A stretch of DNA of 64,000 nt from Laetmonice hystrix (taxonomy: Eukaryota). Positions 60,604-64,000 of this stretch are shown one piece after another (within the stretch, counting starts at the first letter, position 1; every line of letters starts with the position of its first letter). A program made the translations under genes and the position numbers. The stretch covers positions 13,392,001-13,456,000 of the forward strand of contig OZ249445.1 in the NCBI GenBank assembly GCA_965235115.1, read 5' to 3'. Below the pieces are notes generated by a model, which ran no database searches, was not told the DNA's origin, and worked only from the letters and a program-made list of their open reading frames with translations.

Positions 60604-63100
60604 GTCCATGGGCCAAGGGTTGAAACCCTCCCCCCCCCGGGGGATTTTTGCAGACTACCATTTTTAGATACCCTGTGATATGCCATTCCAGAATCTGCTT
60701 GTCTGCACGAAAACTGTTGGTGGGTGAAGGCTAATTTGCATAAATTAGCATAATTAATAACAAATCGTCATAAGCTCAGGTAACTTGAAAACCATTTGGC
60801 CTAGATTAATATGTAATAGCACTTTTCCATACAATATCAACACGGGGAATCCATTTGTGACATTTGTTTTGTGATTCAAGGTCAAGATCAAGGTCAAATA
60901 TCAAGGTCAAGGCCAAAAATGGCAAAAAAACTGGGGTTTCCAGGACAGTTGGCCTAAAATCACATTTAATGGAGTGTTTCCTTACAATATAGAGGCAGGC
61001 AATCCAATTATGGCATACGTCTTGTGATTCGACATTAAAGTCAAGGTCAAATGTCAAGGTCAAGGCCACAAGTGGCACAAATAGTCGGTCCGAAGTCCTT
61101 CCTTCCTGTAGTATCGGGGACATTTCAGCAGGAAACAAGCTCAAATTACGGACTACATGACTGGGGGCGGGGTGTGGGTTGGACTACATGACTGGGGGTG
61201 TGGGTTAGTGGGGTGTGGGTGGGACTAAATGACGGGGGGTGGGGGTTAGTGGGATGTGGGTGGGACTACATGACTGGGGGTAGGGATTAGTGGGGTGTGG
61301 GTGGGGCTACATGACCGGGGGTGGGGGTTAGTGGGGTGTGGGTGGGACTACATGAGTGGGAGTAGGGGTTAGTGGGGTGTGGGTGGGGCTACATGACTGG
61401 GTGTGGGGGTTAGTGGGGTGTGGGTGGGACTACATGACTGGGGGTGGGGGTTAGTGGCGTGTGGGTGGGACTACATGACTGGGGGCGGGGGTTAGTGGGG
61501 TGTGGGTGGGACTACATGACCGGGGGTGGGGGTTAGTGGCGTGTGGGTGGGACTACATGACTGGGGGCGGGGGTTAGTGGGGTGTGGGTGGGGCTACATG
61601 ACTGGGTGTGGGGGTTAGTGGGGTGTGGGTGGGACTACATGACTGGGGGTGGGGGTTAGTGGGGTGTGGGTGGGGCGACATGACTGGGGGTGGGGGTTAG
61701 TGGGGTGTGGGTGGGACTACATGAGTGGGAGTAGGGGTTAGTGGGGTTGTGCTGCAAGGTGTGGGGTGTGGGGTGTGGGTGGGTGTCTTGCAGGGTGTGG
61801 GGGTGGGGTGTGGGTGGGTGTCCTGCAGGGTGTGGGGTGTGGGTGTGGTTGGGTGTCCTGCAAGGTGTGGGGTGTGGGTGTGGGTGGGTGTCCTGGAGGG
61901 TGTGGGTTGGGTTGGGGATGGGGGTCCTGCAAGGTGTGGGGTGTGGGTGTGGGGTATGGGTGGGTGTCCTGCAGGGTGTGAAGTGTGGGTGGGGGTATGG
62001 GTGGGTGTCCTGCAAGGTGTAGGGTGCTAATGTGATGCTTAACGAGTAATGTGAGGATTATTGTGAGGATGGCGATGAAGATGGTGATGTCAAATGTACT
62101 AATATTTCATGATATCTGTACTGTAGTTAACTTTCTGTTATTCAATAAATGATCAGTACGTTGTAACCCACAAATTTGTCCAAGAAATCCCGTTTTTCGA
62201 CCTTAAATTTGACCTTTGACTTTGACCGAGCCTCTCACAATATCCCAGTTTTGGGCCATTTGTGGCCTTGACCTTGACATTTGACCTCGACTTTAATGTC
62301 GAATCACAAGATTCCCACCCACACCCCACTAAACCCCACCCCCAGTCATGTAGTCCCACCCACACCCCACTAACCCCTACCCCCAGTCATGTAGTCCCAC
62401 CCACACCCCACTAACCCCCACCCCCAGTCATGCAGCCCCACCCACACCTCACTAACCCACACCCCCAGTCATGCAGCCCCACCCACACCTCACTAACCCA
62501 CACCCCCAGTCATGTAGTCCCACCCACACCCCGCCCCCCAGTCATGTAGTCCGTAATTTGAGCTTGTTTCCTGCTGAAATGTCCCTGATACTACAGGAAG
62601 GAAGGACTTTGGACCGACTATTTGTGCCATTTGTGGCCTTGACCTTGACATTTGACCTTGACTTTAATGTCGAATCACAAGACGTATGCCACAATTGGAT
62701 TGCCTGCCTCTATATTGTAAGGAAACACTTCATTAAATGTGATTTTAGGCCAACTGTCCTGGAAACCCCAGTTTTTTTGCCATTTTTGGCCTTGACCTTG
62801 ATATTTGACCTTGATCTTGACCTTGAATCACAAAACAAATGTCACAAATGGATTCCCCGTGTTGATATTGTATGGAAAAGTGCTATTACATATGATTCTA
62901 GGCCAAATGGTTTTCAAGTTACCTGAGCTTATGACGATTTGTTATTAATTATGCTAATTTATGCAAATTAGCCTTCACCCACCAACAGTTTTCGTGCAGA
63001 CAAGCAGATTCTGGAATGGCATATCACAGGGTATCTAAAAATGGTAGTCTGCAAAAATCCCCCGGGGGGGGGGGAGGGTTTCAACCCTTGGCCCATGGAC
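60604..63100. mobile_element. Foldback-type non-autonomous element (about 2.5 kb)
   Basis: About 550 bp of near-identical unique inverted arms (60604-61150 versus 62550-63100), continuing into inverted G-rich/C-rich tandem arrays. Flanked by TA; termini gtccatgggcc / ggcccatggac. Confidence 0.85.
61150..62020 (+). repeat. G-rich tandem arrays inside the foldback element
   Basis: A roughly 41-bp unit gggactacatgactgggggtgggggttagtggggtgtgggt runs to about 61745, then a roughly 35-bp unit gggtgtcctgcaaggtgtggggtgtgggtgtgggt. An inverted copy of the first array lies at about 62315-62550. Confidence 0.9.
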
Positions 63101-64000
63101 TAACATGCTTAAATATGTGAAAGGGTTTGGAGAAACACCTCCCTGCTCAATTTGAGCACAAGGTACCTAAGTAGGCCTTAAGATGTTTCCAAAAACCGGG
63201 CACGGGTGTGTTCCCTCCCTCCGTTATCGAAGATGCTTGCATAATCTTGAATCAACTTCTACTAGGGGTAAGTCTGATTAATTTTCAGTTCATGTTTTAA
63301 TATTGAAATTGTTTTATGTTTTAGACTATAGGACCTGGACGACCAGCAATGAATACGGGACTTGACAGCCATCATATCCACATGCCTGCAAGGATACTGA
63401 AGCTGAGCTCAAGACATTTGATGACTGGAGGATGTCACAGACATCTCAAGAACAACACATGTATCAAGAGTTTTGGACCACGCGTCTCATGACAAAGCAT
63501 CGGAGACATGGTAAACTGTAAGTTTATTTTTTTATTTATATATTACTAAGGGTTCAGAAAGGGCAGAAAGGGCACAGAAGTTGAGAAACATGTTATTCTG
63601 GACATATGAGAAGTTTGAAGAGGAATGAGGAGGTATTTCTGAAAGTCGAAGTCCCACTGATCGCAGCCCGCTCTACCTGATGACAGTGTTGTGGAGCAGG
63701 CCACACCATTCGGAACAGGGTTGGTTTGTCCGAGGAAACAAGTTTATGGCCCCGACAGTGAGAGGGGCAGAATCAGCAGCCCGTTTACGCATGGTTTCTT
63801 TTCAGCAGGTGGGCGTGAATATTATTTGCTTTGTGTTTGCCCCAGTGCTGCTAATACAACCTGTTTCTCTAGGGTGCATGCACAAAGACTATGCATATCA
63901 TGTGATGACATCAAGAAAGCACATGGCAAGGCGGGGGGGGGGGTGAACCGTTGATTCTGAGTCTTTTAAAAACGAATATAATATAATTACATCCAATGTT

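Noticed and set aside
60806-62926. Twin ORFs SLFPAEMS...KSAITY and Gly/Val/Trp- or Pro/His-rich ORFs
   Set aside because: These are mirror products of the foldback arms and its tandem arrays, not genes.

Overview
Gene-sparse, repeat-rich eukaryotic genomic DNA from an animal. GT-AG introns, MITE families and satellites suggest a marine invertebrate, but the species cannot be fixed from the sequence. Three protein-coding loci can be supported by hand. (1) The first coding exon of a tetraspanin on the minus strand (4498-4626), with an unusual (GYGR)n N-terminus. (2) A complete two-exon POLR2L/RPB10 gene on the plus strand (34144-34532). (3) A minus-strand, at least 7-exon type I membrane receptor (about 51503 to 37252) with a signal-like leader, two non-canonical C-type lectin domains, one TM helix and a long Tyr/Pro-motif tail; all splice phases are compatible. 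The rest consists of non-autonomous DNA transposons: TTAA-flanked Kolobok-like MITEs, CAG-ended elements with 5-6 bp TSDs, a nested Harbinger-like MITE and a 2.5-kb TA-flanked foldback element. There are also decayed DIRS-like and possibly pogo-like relics, several minisatellites, G-quadruplex-prone tracts and short hairpins. No rRNA, tRNA or CRISPR array was recognised, and most ORFs in the supplied track look spurious. All family assignments were made by eye, without database searches.
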